Assembly (NCBI RefSeq): GCF_036321535.1
Contig: NC_087437.1
Span: forward strand, 118,980,001-119,044,000
Direction of reading: 5' to 3'
Length of the DNA stretch: 64,000 bases
Source of the DNA: Camelus dromedarius
Taxonomy: Eukaryota
Position numbers and translations under genes: made by a program. Numbering within the stretch: position 1 is the first letter of the stretch; each line of letters opens with the position of its first letter. Shown one piece after another: positions 11,716-24,899 of this stretch. The notes under the pieces were generated by a model. The model was given only the letters and a program-made list of their open reading frames with translations. It was not told the origin of the DNA and did not search any database.

Positions 11716-12226
11716 TGTGAATGAAAAATATTGCAGCCACATCAGTAAACAAAGGGCGCTGTGGCCATCAAGTCATCAGCCACTACTGCCGTCCCCAGTG
11801 GTGAGCAGGAGGGGACTCAGGCTGGAGACAGGCAGGCAGCCCGGCCTCTGCAGCCGCCCCTAGCGGCGTCCCCTGAGGGGCTCAGGATGGGAGAGAACGG
11901 GCCACTGGCCCCAGACAGCCAGGTGCACATCGAAGGAGTGGTCTCAGTGAGCCCAGACTTTTGCATCTTCCCACACACAGAAAAGCCCTAAACTCCTTAA
12001 CTTAAGATGCCTGGTTTTCTTTAATTGACACTAATTTCTTGATGTTCTGACTACCTGGTTTTTGTGGCAAAACGCCTGTATATCCTGGTTCCTCCTCTGC
12101 CTCTTCGGAGCCAGCCGTCAGAGCGACCTGAGAGCCTTGTCTGGGCTCAAGTCCTCAGAAATGTCCGCCAAATAAAGCATAACTCTCAACTTTTATGCTG
12201 TGCCTTTTTTTTTTTTTCAGTCAACA
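11716..12226 (+). mobile_element. Solo ERV LTR (copy 1)
   Basis: TG...CA ends, AATAAA near the 3' end, near-TSD CCAT/CTAT; alignable with 13930-14370. Confidence 0.8.
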
Positions 12227-13634
12227 CTATTACAAGCAATGCGACGGTAAACACCCTTTACATGTGTCCTTGTGCAAGCATTCCTGCTGGGCTGGTTCCT
12301 AGGAGAAAATGTCCACCTTTTAAGCAAGAGAACACAGCGGGAAAGGCTCCCGCCCAGGGCTGCACTCAGTGTCTACACAGCAGGGCCGGGATGGAGTCCA
12401 GAGTCTGCTGTGTCCGGCCCCAGGAAAACTGATCACATCGTCCATCTCCCGCACCACCTTCTGCCCCGCGGAGTCTAGACGGCGCAGGGGACTGAATGTA
12501 AACGTCTCCTCGTGCACAGGCTGCGGCAGCATCCCACCCGGCTGGCGGCGCTGCAAGGGCCTGACACCTGTGGCCAGTGAATCTGGGGGTCCCGAGCCTC
12601 CCCGTGGCTGAGCGATATTTCTCAGCTGGAACCCGGGAAACGGATGGAGCACGGAGCCGCCCACACTCGGAGAGCGTCCCCGGGTCGGGGCGGAGGATGA
12701 GACAGCGGGCGCGGCAGAATTCCTCCGGGCATTAGGCTTGGTAGCGCACATCAGCCGCACCCAGGGGCTTCGCGGTCCCGTTCCACTGTATCGAGGACTC
12801 TGGAGAAGGCAGGACAAGGATGCCTCTTGAGTAGGTGGCCCCGAGAGAGGCTCCCTTGTCTTGTCCCCTTCCAGGGGGCAGTGGGGCCGACCTGGAATAG
12901 GAAGGCTTGTTTTCTGGTATCTCCCCCAACCTGTTTTGTCCACCTCCGCGAAGGAGGTGTTGCTTAGCAACCGGAGAGAGGCAATGACGTCCTTGGACTA
13001 TTCGATTCCACTCCTGTGACACTTAACTCTGGTTGATTATTAGCACACGGACTGGGGAGGTGACAACCTGCCTTAAAGGAAAACGAGTGCTACAAAGTCA
13101 CCAAGGGGCAGAAAAGGGACTTCTAGTGTGGCTTTGGGAAGGGGTCTGCCTGGCACAAAATTTTTCAGTTCTCTAAAAGAATCTTTCTTCCTAAACCTGC
13201 AAGATTCCTTGGGCAAGAGGACAATAGGTGTTAAGAAAGCTCTTTGAAATATGAGCCGCTCCATTTACTGTCTAATCTGCAAAGCTGCCATGCAAATGTG
13301 ATCTCTGCTGGCCGGGCTCCCTGACATTTGTAGCTTTTCTGCTTTGTAAGTATATTAAGCAACCGGAAAATAATATTGTGGAGGTAACTAGGGTATACCA
13401 TTAATGGGCCTTCTGTGTCTTTTTCTATAAGAATGTGTTAATAATTTACATTTTAACTAAGAGTTACTGTTGACGCGGTGGTAGAAAGACTTTTCAAAGA
13501 GCCGTTTCTATCACCAGGTAAATAATCCTAGATAAGCCTTTGCTTTCCCTGAGACTCAGGTGTCTTGGAAACTTTAAGGTATGCCCTTGGGAAAGTTAGT
13601 TTGGCTGCTGTCCTCCCATGGTAAATTGGCAGAC

Positions 13635-13766
13635 AAAAAAAAAAGGAAAGAAAGAGAGAAAGAGAAAGAAAGAAAGAGAGAAAGAGAGAAAGAAAGAAAG
13701 AGAGAGAGAAAGAGAGAGAGAAAGAGAGAAAGAAAGAGAGAAAGAAAGAGAGAAAGAAAGAAAGAG

Positions 13767-13817
<51 letters not shown>

Positions 13818-13866
13818 AAAAAAAGAAAAGAAAAGAAAAGAAAAGAAAAGAGAAGAGAGAGAGAAA
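13635..13866. repeat. Compound (GAAA)n/(GA)n/(GAAAA)n purine microsatellite
   Basis: Directly visible. Confidence 0.97.
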
Positions 13867-13929
13867 AGCCACCCAAAGGTTCACGCAGAGGAAATGTCAG
13901 GCACTTTCCCAAACTCACAGTTCTAGGCA

Positions 13930-14370
13930 TGTGGGTGAAGAATGCTGCCCGCCATCTCAATAAACAAAGGATGTTGTGGCCGTCAAGCCATCAGCCACTG
14001 TAGCCACTCCTGACTGTGCACCCAGAGGGGACTCAGGATGGAGAAAAGCAGGACGCTGGCCCTAGAGAGCTGAGGTGCAGATCAAAGGAGTGATTTCAGT
14101 GGCCCAGACTCTTGCATCTTCTCATACATAGGAAAGCCCTAAATTCCTTAACTTGAGATGTCTGGTTTTTCTTAATTAACGGTAATCTTTTGATGTTTCA
14201 ACTAGGTGGTATTTGTTGCAAAAAGCCCCTATATATCCTGGCTCCTCCCTAATCTCTTTGGAGCAGTCCCTCCGAGCATTCTGAGAGCCTGTCTTCCTGG
14301 TTTAAGTCCTCAGTCCTCGAATAAAACATAATTCTCAACTTCTAGGCTGTGAGTTTTATTTCAGTTAACA
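13930..14370 (+). mobile_element. Solo ERV LTR (copy 2, same family as 11716-12226)
   Basis: TGTGGGTGAA...CAGTTAACA; shares TAAACAAAGG, CATCAGCCACT, CCCAGACTYTTGCATCTT and CCTTAACTT blocks with copy 1. Confidence 0.8.
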
Positions 14371-15439
14371 ATTCCCATCAACACGACCTCCTTCAGGGCT
14401 TTTTGGCACCAAGCGTGATCCCTTTGCTCCTGCTTATTGAACCAGAGCAAGAAAAACAGAGAAGAATCTGACTTCTAACAGGGTCATCATTCACCTGCAA
14501 TGTGCAGACCCCCAGACAGAAAGACAGGCCCGCAGACGGAAAAAAGATGCACCGATCTGGGCTTGTGGGCAGGCACTGCCTTCACAGTGGTGTCAGTTCC
14601 TGGAAGAGACGAGGTTCTGGCAAAAAAAGGGGTCAGGCCCCTGCAGGACGGGCCACGCAGATGCCAAGGCCTTTGTCCCCGTCTCTGTGCAGCTGTTTGT
14701 CTTGCATTTGTGACTCATCCTGCCTGTGTGCAAAAGAGCCCAGGGAGAGGTGAATGTCACAGCCCCAGAGACGCCCCACACTGAGGGGACCGCTGGAGGG
14801 TTGTCACAGCAGCTGGCTTGTTCTTCAGTGTTCGGTCACCTGCAAACCCAGGCTGTGGGTCACTTTGCCAAGAGTCAACCCTGGCAGTTTTCCAGAATGT
14901 TCAAATGGAACCAGCAGCCCGAGGACATACCTCTGCCCCCCTCCTCAGCACCAAAAACCTGCGACCGAGGTCAGGACAACTTAACCTCGGCGCTCGGCTT
15001 TTCCCCAACAAGAGCATTCTTCATTAAAGTCAGCAGGCCACTGTCCTTGGCCTCCGTCATATTGTGCCCACTGCTTCCTCCTCCTCCAGGAAGCCTGCTT
15101 AGAGTAAACCACTCAACTCTGAGAAAGGATGAGTAAGACTGAGCAGCCAGAAGACTGAGCCTGTGCAGCCAGAGGGTCTGGGTCAGCACCAAGCTTTGTC
15201 CCTCAAAGGGGAAAGTCACTCACCTTCTCCAAGTCTCCACGTTGTAGGGCGGGACATCCTGAAGTTGGAGGTGATTAACATACAGCCCTGAGCAAAGGCT
15301 GACACAAAATTAGCAGTTGGTGCGTGTCCGTCAGTGCTGCTGCTTCCGGCCAGCCCGCCCTGATGGGCTGGGCTGCACTGTGCAGGCGCCAAGACGGCCC
15401 CCAACAGCGATCCTGCCTCTTGGCATTCACCTCCTGTGT

Positions 15440-15925
15440 GATCCCCTCCCCTGTCGTGGGGGCTGGACCTAGTGACTTGCTTCTAAGGGACAGAAAGTAG
15501 CAAGCATGATGGAACGTTTTAAGACTGACTCCCGTCCTGTGGGACTCTTTGCCTACTGTGCTCCCACCTTGCCCCCTCCAATGACGCTGCAGCGGCATCA
15601 GGGAGGCCCTGGTCCACGTGGCAAGGAATAGGGCAGCTTCTGTCCAACAGCCAGTGAAGCCCTGAGGCTGACAGCCAGCCCGAGAGGAGCCAGGTCCTGC
15701 CCACAAGTGCTGAGAGAGTGCCCAGGCAGATCCACCCTAGTGGAACTTCAGATGGCTGGGGCCCCAAATGGGCACCCGGACTGCAAGCCTGGGGGAGGCT
15801 CCAAAGAAGAGGGGTTGCCCACACTGTGCCTGGACCCCCCCCTCCCCCGGGGAACCTGTGAGATGACAGGTGTTCTGAGCCACTGTGCCCCGGGCTGACT
15901 TGTTAGGCAGCCATAGCTGATGCAT
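15440..15925 (+). mobile_element. MaLR LTR (older MLT1 subtype)
   Basis: GGACCTAGTGACTTGCTTCTAA...CCACGTGGCAAGGAA...AACCTGTGAGATGAC. Confidence 0.65.
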
Positions 15926-16349
15926 ACAGAGCCACACCTGCCCTGGGCCTGCAGAGTGTATGTGCCACTAGCAGAAACGCTCTTCCCCAACTCAGCACGT
16001 GTCTATCAATACCTGCAGAGCACTGGCGCTGGTCCCGCTCTTTAGAGATGGTAAGTCCCCCAGGGTCTGTGGAAGGGGCGCTAGGACCACAGAGAGCTGC
16101 TCCAGGGGCAGACATTCACAAACAAATGGAGCTGAGGATGGAGACAGTGGACAGCAGGACAGCCAGCAGGGCTGGGCCTCTTGTCCCTGAAATACTCCAG
16201 GACCTGTCCCTAGGTGGCCCCTGCACCAAGACCCTCCAAGTGCTCCCCCTGGAGGCAAGTAAGCCCTGGCCTCTGGGGGCCCTGGGGCTCTGCTCCTGCA
16301 CCCCGGCCAGTGTCCGTCCACCCGATCAGTGCCCGGGGCCATGCAGGTG

Positions 16350-16790
16350 TAGGGGGCGAACCCTGTTTCTCCCTCTCAGGTCTCTGGCTGGCCTGCGAAT
16401 GAAATAAGATGAACTGACAGGAGAAGCACATACACTTTTATTCAATGTAGTTTTCACCAGGCACAGGACCCTCACAAGGAAACGAAGGCCCCGAGAAGCA
16501 GCAACACCTACATGCGTTTATACCGGAAAGTAACTAAATACACGGTGGTGGGGAGGAGCGTGAGCGCCGTTCGAACGAGGCCTGTGCAGAGCCCCCCGTC
16601 CTCCTGGTGCTGGGAGGGCCGCCCTCACAGGGGACCTCTACCTCCCACTTTGAGGAGGAGAGGGAGACTCAGAGCGCCCTTCCTGCACCTGCTGCCGGCG
16701 AGTGCCTTCAGCGGAAAGTGATCCTTACATCAACGGGGCAGTTCTGGGGGCCTGTTCTGCCCCTTTCACAGTGGAAAGACATTACAAAAC
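16350..16790 (-). mobile_element. Probable ERV1-type LTR fragment
   Basis: ACAGGAGAAGCACATACACTTTTATT...CTTCCTGCACCTGCTG...CCTTCAGC wording resembles reverse ERV1 LTRs. Confidence 0.45.
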
Positions 16791-17609
16791 CCCTCCTGGC
16801 TAACACAGAGGCCACCCCGGTGCTGGACAAGAGGGCATCTGGAGTATGGAAGGGCCAGGCTACCTTCCCCCAGCTCCACCCACAGTCCTGCCGACGCTTG
16901 TGCCAAGCAGGTGAAGACGGCTTTCCCAAGTGAGTGTCCAGGCCGGGGGCTGATGGAGAAGGGGTGTGGTCTCCCGAGCGGTCACGCCCAGCTTGGTCAC
17001 ACACCGACCGCCCAGTCACCGGCCTGGCATCTGATTGTTAGCTGGTCTGACGCCGGCCAAGCCCTCAGGAGACTGCACAGAATAGCTGAATGTTTGAAGA
17101 AAAAGAAAAACAAATCAACCACCAATTACTCACAAAGATGTCTTGGAAAAGTCCCTTGACTTCGCCAGGCGAGTTCCTGCAGCTCTAAAATGAAGAGGGT
17201 TAACCCGAGTCATTCCTCAAATTTCTCCACCGGCCCACACGCCCCTAACGCTGGGAACATCCTACACGCATCCTGGGCACCTTTGGCCCAGGGGTGCCTC
17301 CTCGAAGTTCAAAACGTCTTCTGAGACTTCTATCTTCAAAGGCTGCAAAATATTGTCATCCTATTACATAGACCATCCATGTTTGTTTTGAAAAATGAAA
17401 ATAAATCCTTAGCCCTATGAAGCTGCCCCTCTGAGATGTCCGGTACGGCCACGTGGTGGTGGAGTAGCCCCCTCGCCAGCCCCAGCCTCTGCCCCAAGGC
17501 AGTCCCAGCTCCGCTGTCCCTCCCACAGGGAAGCGAGGGGAGTGGGGGGCTCAAGGACTCACCAAACCTCCCATCGCCACCCCATGCCAAGCTGAGGGGT
17601 CAAGAGGAT

Positions 17610-17810
17610 AACTCCCTGGGTTTGAGTCCCAAGTCTGTCACTACTGGCTGTGTGACCTTGGGCAAGTCACGCAACCTCTCTGTGCCTCCCTTTGCCAGCA
17701 GAGAAAGTGGAGATGATGATAACCACTGGCAGGGCTGTTGTGAAGGCTAGACCAGCGGTTCTGTAACGCTCTCAAACAATGCCCAGCACACTGAAAGGGC
17801 TTCATGTGAA
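17610..17810 (+). mobile_element. MIR SINE
   Basis: CTGGGTTTGAGTCCC...CTGTGTGACCTTGGGCAAGTCACGCAACCTCTCTGTGCCTC core. Confidence 0.85.
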
Positions 17811-17974
17811 GAGTCAGCTCCCTTCACCTCCAGAACCTCCTTCCTGCCCTCACCTCTTGTCACCATCACTGCTGCCTTCAAACTCATGGACATTTCTCTT
17901 CCGTTTTATTTTACCTTTCCCCAGCTTTCTTCTCCCCTTATCCTCTCTCTCCCTTTTTTTATTCTACTTGTGAA

Positions 17975-18305
17975 GAATGACCTTATTTGGAAATAGGATC
18001 CACGCAGGTATAATTAAGTTGAGATGCTGTCAGGCTGGATAGGGCCGGCACTAACCCAATGACTGGTGCCCCTGTGGGAAACGGGAGACACACAGATGCA
18101 GAGAAGCAGTGAGGAAGCCACAGCCAAGGATGCTGGCAGCCCCCAGCATCTGGAAGAGGCAGGAAGGATCCGCCCGGAGCCCTCAGAGGGAGCACGGCCC
18201 TGCTGACGCCTTGACTTTGGATTCCGGCCGCCAGATTGTGAGAGTAGGTTTCTGCTGACTAAGCCCCCGGATTGTGGAGCTTTGTCACAGCAGTCCCAGG
18301 GGAGC
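17975..18305 (+). mobile_element. MaLR LTR (MLT1-type)
   Basis: GACCTTATTTGGAAATAGG...GGAAGAGGCAGGAAGGATC...GCCTTGACTTTGGA. Confidence 0.8.
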
Positions 18306-20214
18306 AGTGCTGGTCCTCACAACTGCCCGTCGCACAGTACCTGCCTGGCCCCCGAGGGACACAGATGAGCCCGTGAGCCAGGACCACCCACAGCCTCGGG
18401 CAAGCCTCACTGCAGGGCACCTGCACCTCACAACCCCCCCCCCCCGAGACGTGCATTTGACAGAGGCATCGGAACACAGCAAGATCAGCAGGAGAGCTCA
18501 GAGATGAAGTCAGGGGACGGAGCCCCTGCAGAGAGCCGCCTGCTCCCCGAGAGGATGAGCAGATGGGCTGGAGGCAGTGGGAATCCAGCCCTCCGTGCAC
18601 GTGCCTGGGGCACGGTGAGCTCACTGTTTGGTTGTATCCAGTATGCAGTATCCAAGGACGCTGGGGCCACCCTGCCCTTTGGGCAGGGAGGGTGGGGCAG
18701 AGCACTCCCGGATGGAGATGCTGCCGTCTCCTTCCCAGGACAGTGCGGAGACCTTTCCTGGGCACGTGAATACTTCTACTGGACAAAGTGAAGAGGGTAG
18801 GGAGTGCAGACTGCCATGCTGGGCAGGGGCACATGGAGCTTGGGACCCTGGGGGTGCCACTGCGGGGGTCCTGTGCGGCCATCTGGGTCACAGCCCGAGA
18901 GGCCGGCCTGGGCCAGAGGCTTGTCCTAGAGGAACCGGGAGGTCCTCATCAGGTGGAAGGGCCAGAGCCATCTTGGAGACCAGCTGTCCCCCAGCGGGTG
19001 TTAAATTAATTCAACAAAGAGGCCATTAGACGGATAAGACTCTAAGGCTGTGGCAGCTATGGAAGCAAACCCAGATCCAAGCCTGCAAACGCCTCAGGGT
19101 TCTGAAGTCTAACCTGAAGGACAGCCTGAAGGTCCCAGGGCAACCTAGGCTTCAGCTGCCGCCATCCATCACGTCCTGTCCGCCTCTCCATTTTACGTAA
19201 ATCTTTTCGGCCTCTGCCTGCAAGCACTCCACCTCCTGCTGGTTTGGCATTGCCCCATTCTAGTTGATTTTCGCTCACATGAACTCTTAAAATGTTCACT
19301 ATGCCTCGGTTTACCTTTTCACAGGGAGAGAGGCCGTGTTCATCGGCTGGAGCAGACACTCACCGCTGCCCTGGGGTGGAAGCAGGTCGTGCCAAGCACC
19401 TGGAAGGGATGGCCAGGGTCTCTCATCCAATATGCAAATGAGGATGATGGAGCCAAGAATAACCGAAGTCGCAGCATCATTAGTTGAGATCAGGCCCCGG
19501 GCTAGGACACTGGGTTGTTTAAACCTCCTACTGGCCCACTTTCCAGATGGGGTGACTGACCAGCGCAAGGCGGAGGACCTTCCCACATTCCCAAGGCTGC
19601 AGAGGCACCAAGTGGAAACCTGCCATGAGGTTGGTGGTGTGGCCTCCCGCTGCCCCAGCTTACCAGTACCCCCTCGAGCTGGGACTAATTCCCTCCCCAG
19701 GGAAGGACCTCCAACCCACGAGGTCCTAATGCCCTTTCCTGGGGAGGAGCCGCTCTCCAGGCCGTGGTCAGGCCCAGCTGTCCCGCTGGGATGAGAGGGC
19801 AGAGACCAGTCCCCTGGGCTGTGTGTGACCTGGGCACAGAGCCTGGAACTCTGGCCTGCTGGCTTTGGGGAGGAGCCCAAGGAAGCTGGAAGCCCCAGGC
19901 ACACGCGGTGCTGGCAGGGGTTAAAGTGGCAGCTGAGTTTCTAAGCGTGTTCAAGCCTGACAGGAGATACCGGAGAAGACACCACTAGCTCGGGGCGTTA
20001 CTCCCCGGGTGCTTTTGATTCGAGAGTTCTCGCTGTCTCAAGTTAAGGAAGTTTGGGGCTCTACATTCTTGAGGTTTCACAACTCTTCCCCCAGGGGCGG
20101 TGGCTGGGTTCTCACCACTCCCTGTTCCCTGGGGAAAGTTTCTTGTTTTTGCACAAAGCTCCAGATGTCCTGAGGGGGCGAAGCTGATGTGTGCTTGCCT
20201 CGCTGTGTGCGGTC

Positions 20215-20535
20215 TGTGGGTTTAACTGTGCCCCCCCAAAAGCAATGTCCAAGTCCTGCCCGCTCCCACCCCGTGCCTGTGGGTGTGATCTTATATGGAA
20301 ATAGGGTCTTTGCAGATGTAACCGAGGTGAGATGAGGTCAGACCGGAGTGGGGAGAGGGGTGGTTCCTGAGTCTGGTGTCCTAGGAGAAGAGAGACGCAG
20401 ACACGGACAAGCCACACTTGTGGACAGGAACCGTGCGGCCACAGCCCAGGGCTGTCAGCATGCCAGCTGCTGGGACAAAGGCCAGGAAGCACTCTTCTCT
20501 GAGCCTTTGGAGCGAGCATGGCCCTGCCTCTCCAC
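20215..20535 (+). mobile_element. MaLR LTR (MLT1-type)
   Basis: GTGATCTTATATGGAAATAGGGTCTTTGCAGATGTAA. Confidence 0.8.
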
Positions 20536-21796
20536 TTATCCCCAGCCAGCGCTGACTGTGATCCTGACCGTGGTCACTGAGTAGCCTGGCCCAGACCCCA
20601 CCTCCTGCCACTCTCTCAAGGGAAGCCCTGTCCAGTCAGAATGATGCCACCTTGCAATCCGTGCCCACCCACCCCCTTTAGTCTGCTCTCAAAGCCTGGA
20701 AACCTCCATTTATTTATATGTTGCCTCCTCCAAGCAGCCTTCTGGGAAGCCCCTTTGTTGTGGAAGGAGCCCGCCCTCATGCTAGCATGTCCCACACTGT
20801 CGCATCAATCATCGTTCATGCATATGTGTTCTCCCCTGGACGGCAGCCTCTCTGCGGGTAGGAACTGTGGTCATGCACCTGGAGCCCCTGGTTAGCACGG
20901 GGGCTGGTTCTGGTGGGGGCACACTGAAGGTCAGGCGAGCAGACTGAAGACTCAGCGAGGAGTGATTCAACAAGGGCGAGGGGTTAATTCACTTCCATCG
21001 TCCCTGCGTCTTCCCACTGTCCCCACCGTTTGTCCCCGAGGCAGCATCTTCTTGGCCCCAGAGCTCCTGTGCCGTGGTTAGTGATGGGGAGTGAGATGAC
21101 AATGACTAAACACATACATTTATTCAGGTTCTGACACAGAGGCCGGAGGAAAGCAGGCTGGCACCAAAGACTGAACCAAAAAGGGCAAGCAGGGATGCAG
21201 GTGGGCCAGAATCGCCGGCGGGGCTGTGCATGCAGGTCTGGGCGGCAGGGTGGGAGGGACGCAGGAAGGGGATGTGGGAGTAGGGGGCGGAGCCAACCAG
21301 GCCAGGGGGACTCCGGGCGGGTGTCCTTCCACGCTCCTCCGCTGGGGGCGCAGTCTGGGGAGCACCCGATGGCCTGGGAAGCGCCCCCGACCCCTGCCCC
21401 ACCTCCCCGGTCCCGCCCTACAGGCAGTTTTCAGCTCTGTCAACACACAGCGTCTCCAGAATCCAGTGTCACCGTCCAGCTACTCTAAGCTGCCCACTCG
21501 GGCTTGTTATCTGAGAAAGCTTGATACGGTTTCCATCCTAATTACCGCACTAGCCGCACAGGGACTGCAAACACCTGCAAAGTTCCCAAGTGTCCCAGGC
21601 AGCTTCTTGGGCGCCCGGGGAGCTGAGCGAGGACACGGCCCCCTTACCTGCCTTAAGGGTTCCTGGGAGATGGGCCTGTGTTTCCAGCCCTCACAGTCGC
21701 TGAGGCTTCTCCCTCCAGTCCCCTATCCTAGCCCCACTCACCAGCCGGCTACAAATTCCCACCGCCGACACCACTCTGCTCTCAGAGCTTAGAAAT

Positions 21797-22236
21797 TGTG
21801 TGTGTGTGTGTGTGTTTATGTGTGTGTATGTGTGTGTATGTGTCTGTGTGTGTGTTTGTGTTGTGTTTGTGTGTATGTGTGTGTATGTGTCTGTGTGTGT
21901 GTTTATGTGTGTGTTTGTGTGTGTATGTGTCTGTGTGTGTATGTGTGTGTTTGTGTGTATGTGTGTGTATGTGTCTGTGTGTGTGTTTATGTGTGTGTAT
22001 GTGTGTGTTTATGTATGTGTCTGTGTGTGTGTGTTGTGTTTGTGTGTATGTGTGTGTATGTGTCTGTGTGTGTGTTTGTGTGTGTATGTGTGTGTTTATG
22101 TGTGTGTATTTGTGTGTGTGTATGTGTGTGTTTATGTGTGTGTATGTGTCTGTGTCTGTGTGTGTGTGTGTCTGTGTGTGTCTGTGTGTGTGTGTCTGTG
22201 TGTGTGTGTATGTGTGTGTGTATAAACATATATATG
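21797..22236. repeat. Degenerate (TG)n microsatellite, ~430 bp
   Basis: Directly visible. Confidence 0.97.
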
Positions 22237-22242
22237 CGGATA

Positions 22243-22685
22243 GTCATGGGCTGAATTGTGTCCCCTCAACATTCATATATTCAAGTCTGACCCTCAGCCC
22301 CTCACAACGGGACCTTATTTGGACACAGGGTCACTGCAGGTGTACTTAGCTAAGATGAGGTCAGACTGGAGTAAGGTGGCCCCCAACCCAGTATGACTGG
22401 TGTCCTTATAAAAGGGGAAATTTGGGCACAGACAGGCACCCAGGGAGACGCCCTGCAAAGATGAAGGCAGTGACTGGTGTGATGCACCTACAAGCCAGGG
22501 AACCCCAGATCGTTCACAAAGCCCCAGAAGCTGGGGGGCCTGGAACAGATTCTCCCCCAGAGCCCTCAGAACCAGCCCTGCACACACTTCCATCTCAGAT
22601 ATCTGGCCTCCAGAAAGAACCGTGAGACAATAAACTTCTGTTGTTGGAGCCACTCAGTTTGTGGTGCTTGGTTACAGGAAACAGT
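22243..22685 (+). mobile_element. MaLR LTR (MLT1-type)
   Basis: ATGGGCTGAATTGTGTCCCC...CCGTGAGACAATAAACTTCTGTTGTT. Confidence 0.85.
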
Positions 22686-23854
22686 ACGTACAGACGTACA
22701 CAAAATACACGCCTGTGAATAAATATGGACAATATAAAAATCATCAAGAAGAAAGCACTAGCCCTAGTCCTAGGGAGAGCACACTTGCTGGTGTGCGCCC
22801 TTCCAGGTTTTTGCCCCAGCTGTGTAGGCTTCGAGCTAAGTTCATACTGTGTAGTTTTCCTTTGAAACATTTTCCTGTATTATTTGTTGAGAAGACTATG
22901 TAATATGCCATCAAATAGCTAAGTGATTTTATTTCAGTTATTTTCAATTGTTTGCAATGAAAAAGAAATTTCCACCCTCAAGTGGAAATCATTTCCTGCA
23001 TTTCTGAGCATTTGGGTGGATCTGGGTGGACCTACTCAAGCTGCAGAAATGGTTTCCGTTGTTTGAACCTAATGAGTGGGTTCATCCTCTCAGCCCAGGG
23101 ATCAGTCAGAGTGACTTTGGTCCAAGGTTGTCAGTGTGATTTGGGTTCAGAAAAGAGCCTGCATCCTGCCTCCTGCCATTGAGTCATGGGGCACACGTGT
23201 CCTCACGGGAGCTCAGGAACACAAGGCTCTTTGCTCTTCCAAGAGACATTCTGGAAACCAGCCTGTTTTCTCTTTCTCCTGGATGCTGAAGACATGATGC
23301 TTGGAATCACTGCAGCCTTTTTGTCACCATGAGGGAGACCCATTAGGATAGAGCTGAGAGACACAGGGTAAGCAGGTTTTCAATGACACTGTTGAGCACA
23401 TGACTCAAACCAACCCATTCGTAGACTTCCCAGGAGTGAGATCCAATGCTCGTGCCACAGAGCCGTGATGAATGCAAACTCTGACGGCTGCCACAAGGGA
23501 GGAGAAAAGCAACTAAAATCACGCCAGCCCCTCCGTTCACATCTGGCCCTCCACACCCTGCTTTGTCAATGCTTGTCTCACCATTCTGCAGAACTTGAAC
23601 TTGGTGATGTTGATAAAATCACTGGGCAGAGCCTCTCGAACATCTGTTCAGCAGACAAGGCGTCAGGCTAGGGTCATCATGGGTGTCCGCAGAGATCCAT
23701 CCATGCGGGGGAATGGTGGCTCGGGCCAAGCTAGAGAGGCCAGGACAAGCACCCTCGTTGCTCCAGGGTCCAAGGAAACAGGCTAGAATCAGGTTGTGTG
23801 AACAGCAAAATGCTCGTCCCATTCACTTTTCTTGAATATAGGTATTCAGTGGTA

Positions 23855-24250
23855 CAGTGGGTTGAGTGGTGTCCCCCCAGAACCTCATTTGGAAATAGAG
23901 TCTTTGCAGATGTAATTGGTTAAGGACCTGGAAGTGAGACCATCCTGATTACCCAGAGGGGCTGGACATCCAACACCTGCTGTCCTTAGAAGAGGAGCCG
24001 ACACAGAGACAGGCAGTGACGTGAAGCTGAGGGCAGAGACTGGAGTGGTGCGGGGACAGTCTAGGGCTTGCCGGCAGCCGCCAGATACCGGGAGAGGCCT
24101 GGGTCAGATTCTCCCCTGAAGCCTCCGAAGGAACCAACCTTGCCCGCACCCTGCTTTTAGAATTCTGGCCTCCAGAGCGGTGAAGAGAACAGACCCCTGT
24201 AGTCACAGAGTTTGTGGCCACTTGCTGTGGCCGCCCTGGGAAGCTGACAC
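23855..24250 (+). mobile_element. MaLR LTR (MLT1-type)
   Basis: TTTGGAAATAGAGTCTTTGCAGATGTAATT...TTCTGGCCTCCAGA. Confidence 0.8.
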
Positions 24251-24899
24251 CTGGGCCTTCTGATTCTAATTCAAATCCTCTCCCCCCAGGACAAAGCCCC
24301 TGGGATCGTAAAGCGTTAGCGGTCTGCGTATCTGGAGAACTGGTCGAGCGTCCCTCATCCTGTGTCCCCTGGCGCTAGACAGAGGCGCTCGGGGAGAAGA
24401 GGCGCCGGGCCTCGTGGAGCTGGGGCCCGCTGCACACTGCTCCAAAGCTCCCTGCGGGGGTGGGGGGGTGGGAGTCACACCAGCTGTCACCAGTTCTGAG
24501 ATGCCTTGGAGGAGACAGGCAACGCGGAGGACTTTTCCAGGCGGAACTCCTGTACACGGACACTTTCTCTCATTTAGTACTTACAGGTTTGTCAAAGAAG
24601 AGCCACGCCACACCAGGGCCCGGCGCTGCTCTGCGCTGTGGCATGCTGTCCTCCGGGTGAGAGGCGGGGACACCCGAATTCCTTGGAGTCCAGGGTTAAA
24701 TTCACAGACCAAGGAAAGTCACTTATTTCTTTTTTCAGCACAGTCGAGCTGAAGGCACCGGCATGGAAGGTGGATTTGGGGAGAGGGACATGACTGGGAA
24801 CACTGCAGCTTTTCCCACCCAGAACTGTGTTTCTGGATGCTGGCTCCTTCCTGGCTGAGCGGCTGTTCCCAGATCAGGAAGAGAAAACGTGGCCTGGAC

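Noticed and set aside
13528..14003. K/E/R-rich and F/L/S-rich ORFs
   Set aside because: Translations of the GAAA microsatellite.
15903..16115. ORF starting MSAPGAALC as possible TSPEAR exon 1
   Set aside because: Only the first residues resemble TSPEAR; no hydrophobic signal peptide or matching exon end.
19364..19399. AWHDLLPPQG resembling a short stretch of SPATC1L
   Set aside because: Six-residue similarity in an alternative frame; neighbouring exons show no speriolin-like sequence.
21796..22349. Cys/Val-rich ORFs resembling KRTAPs
   Set aside because: Translations of the (TG)n repeat.
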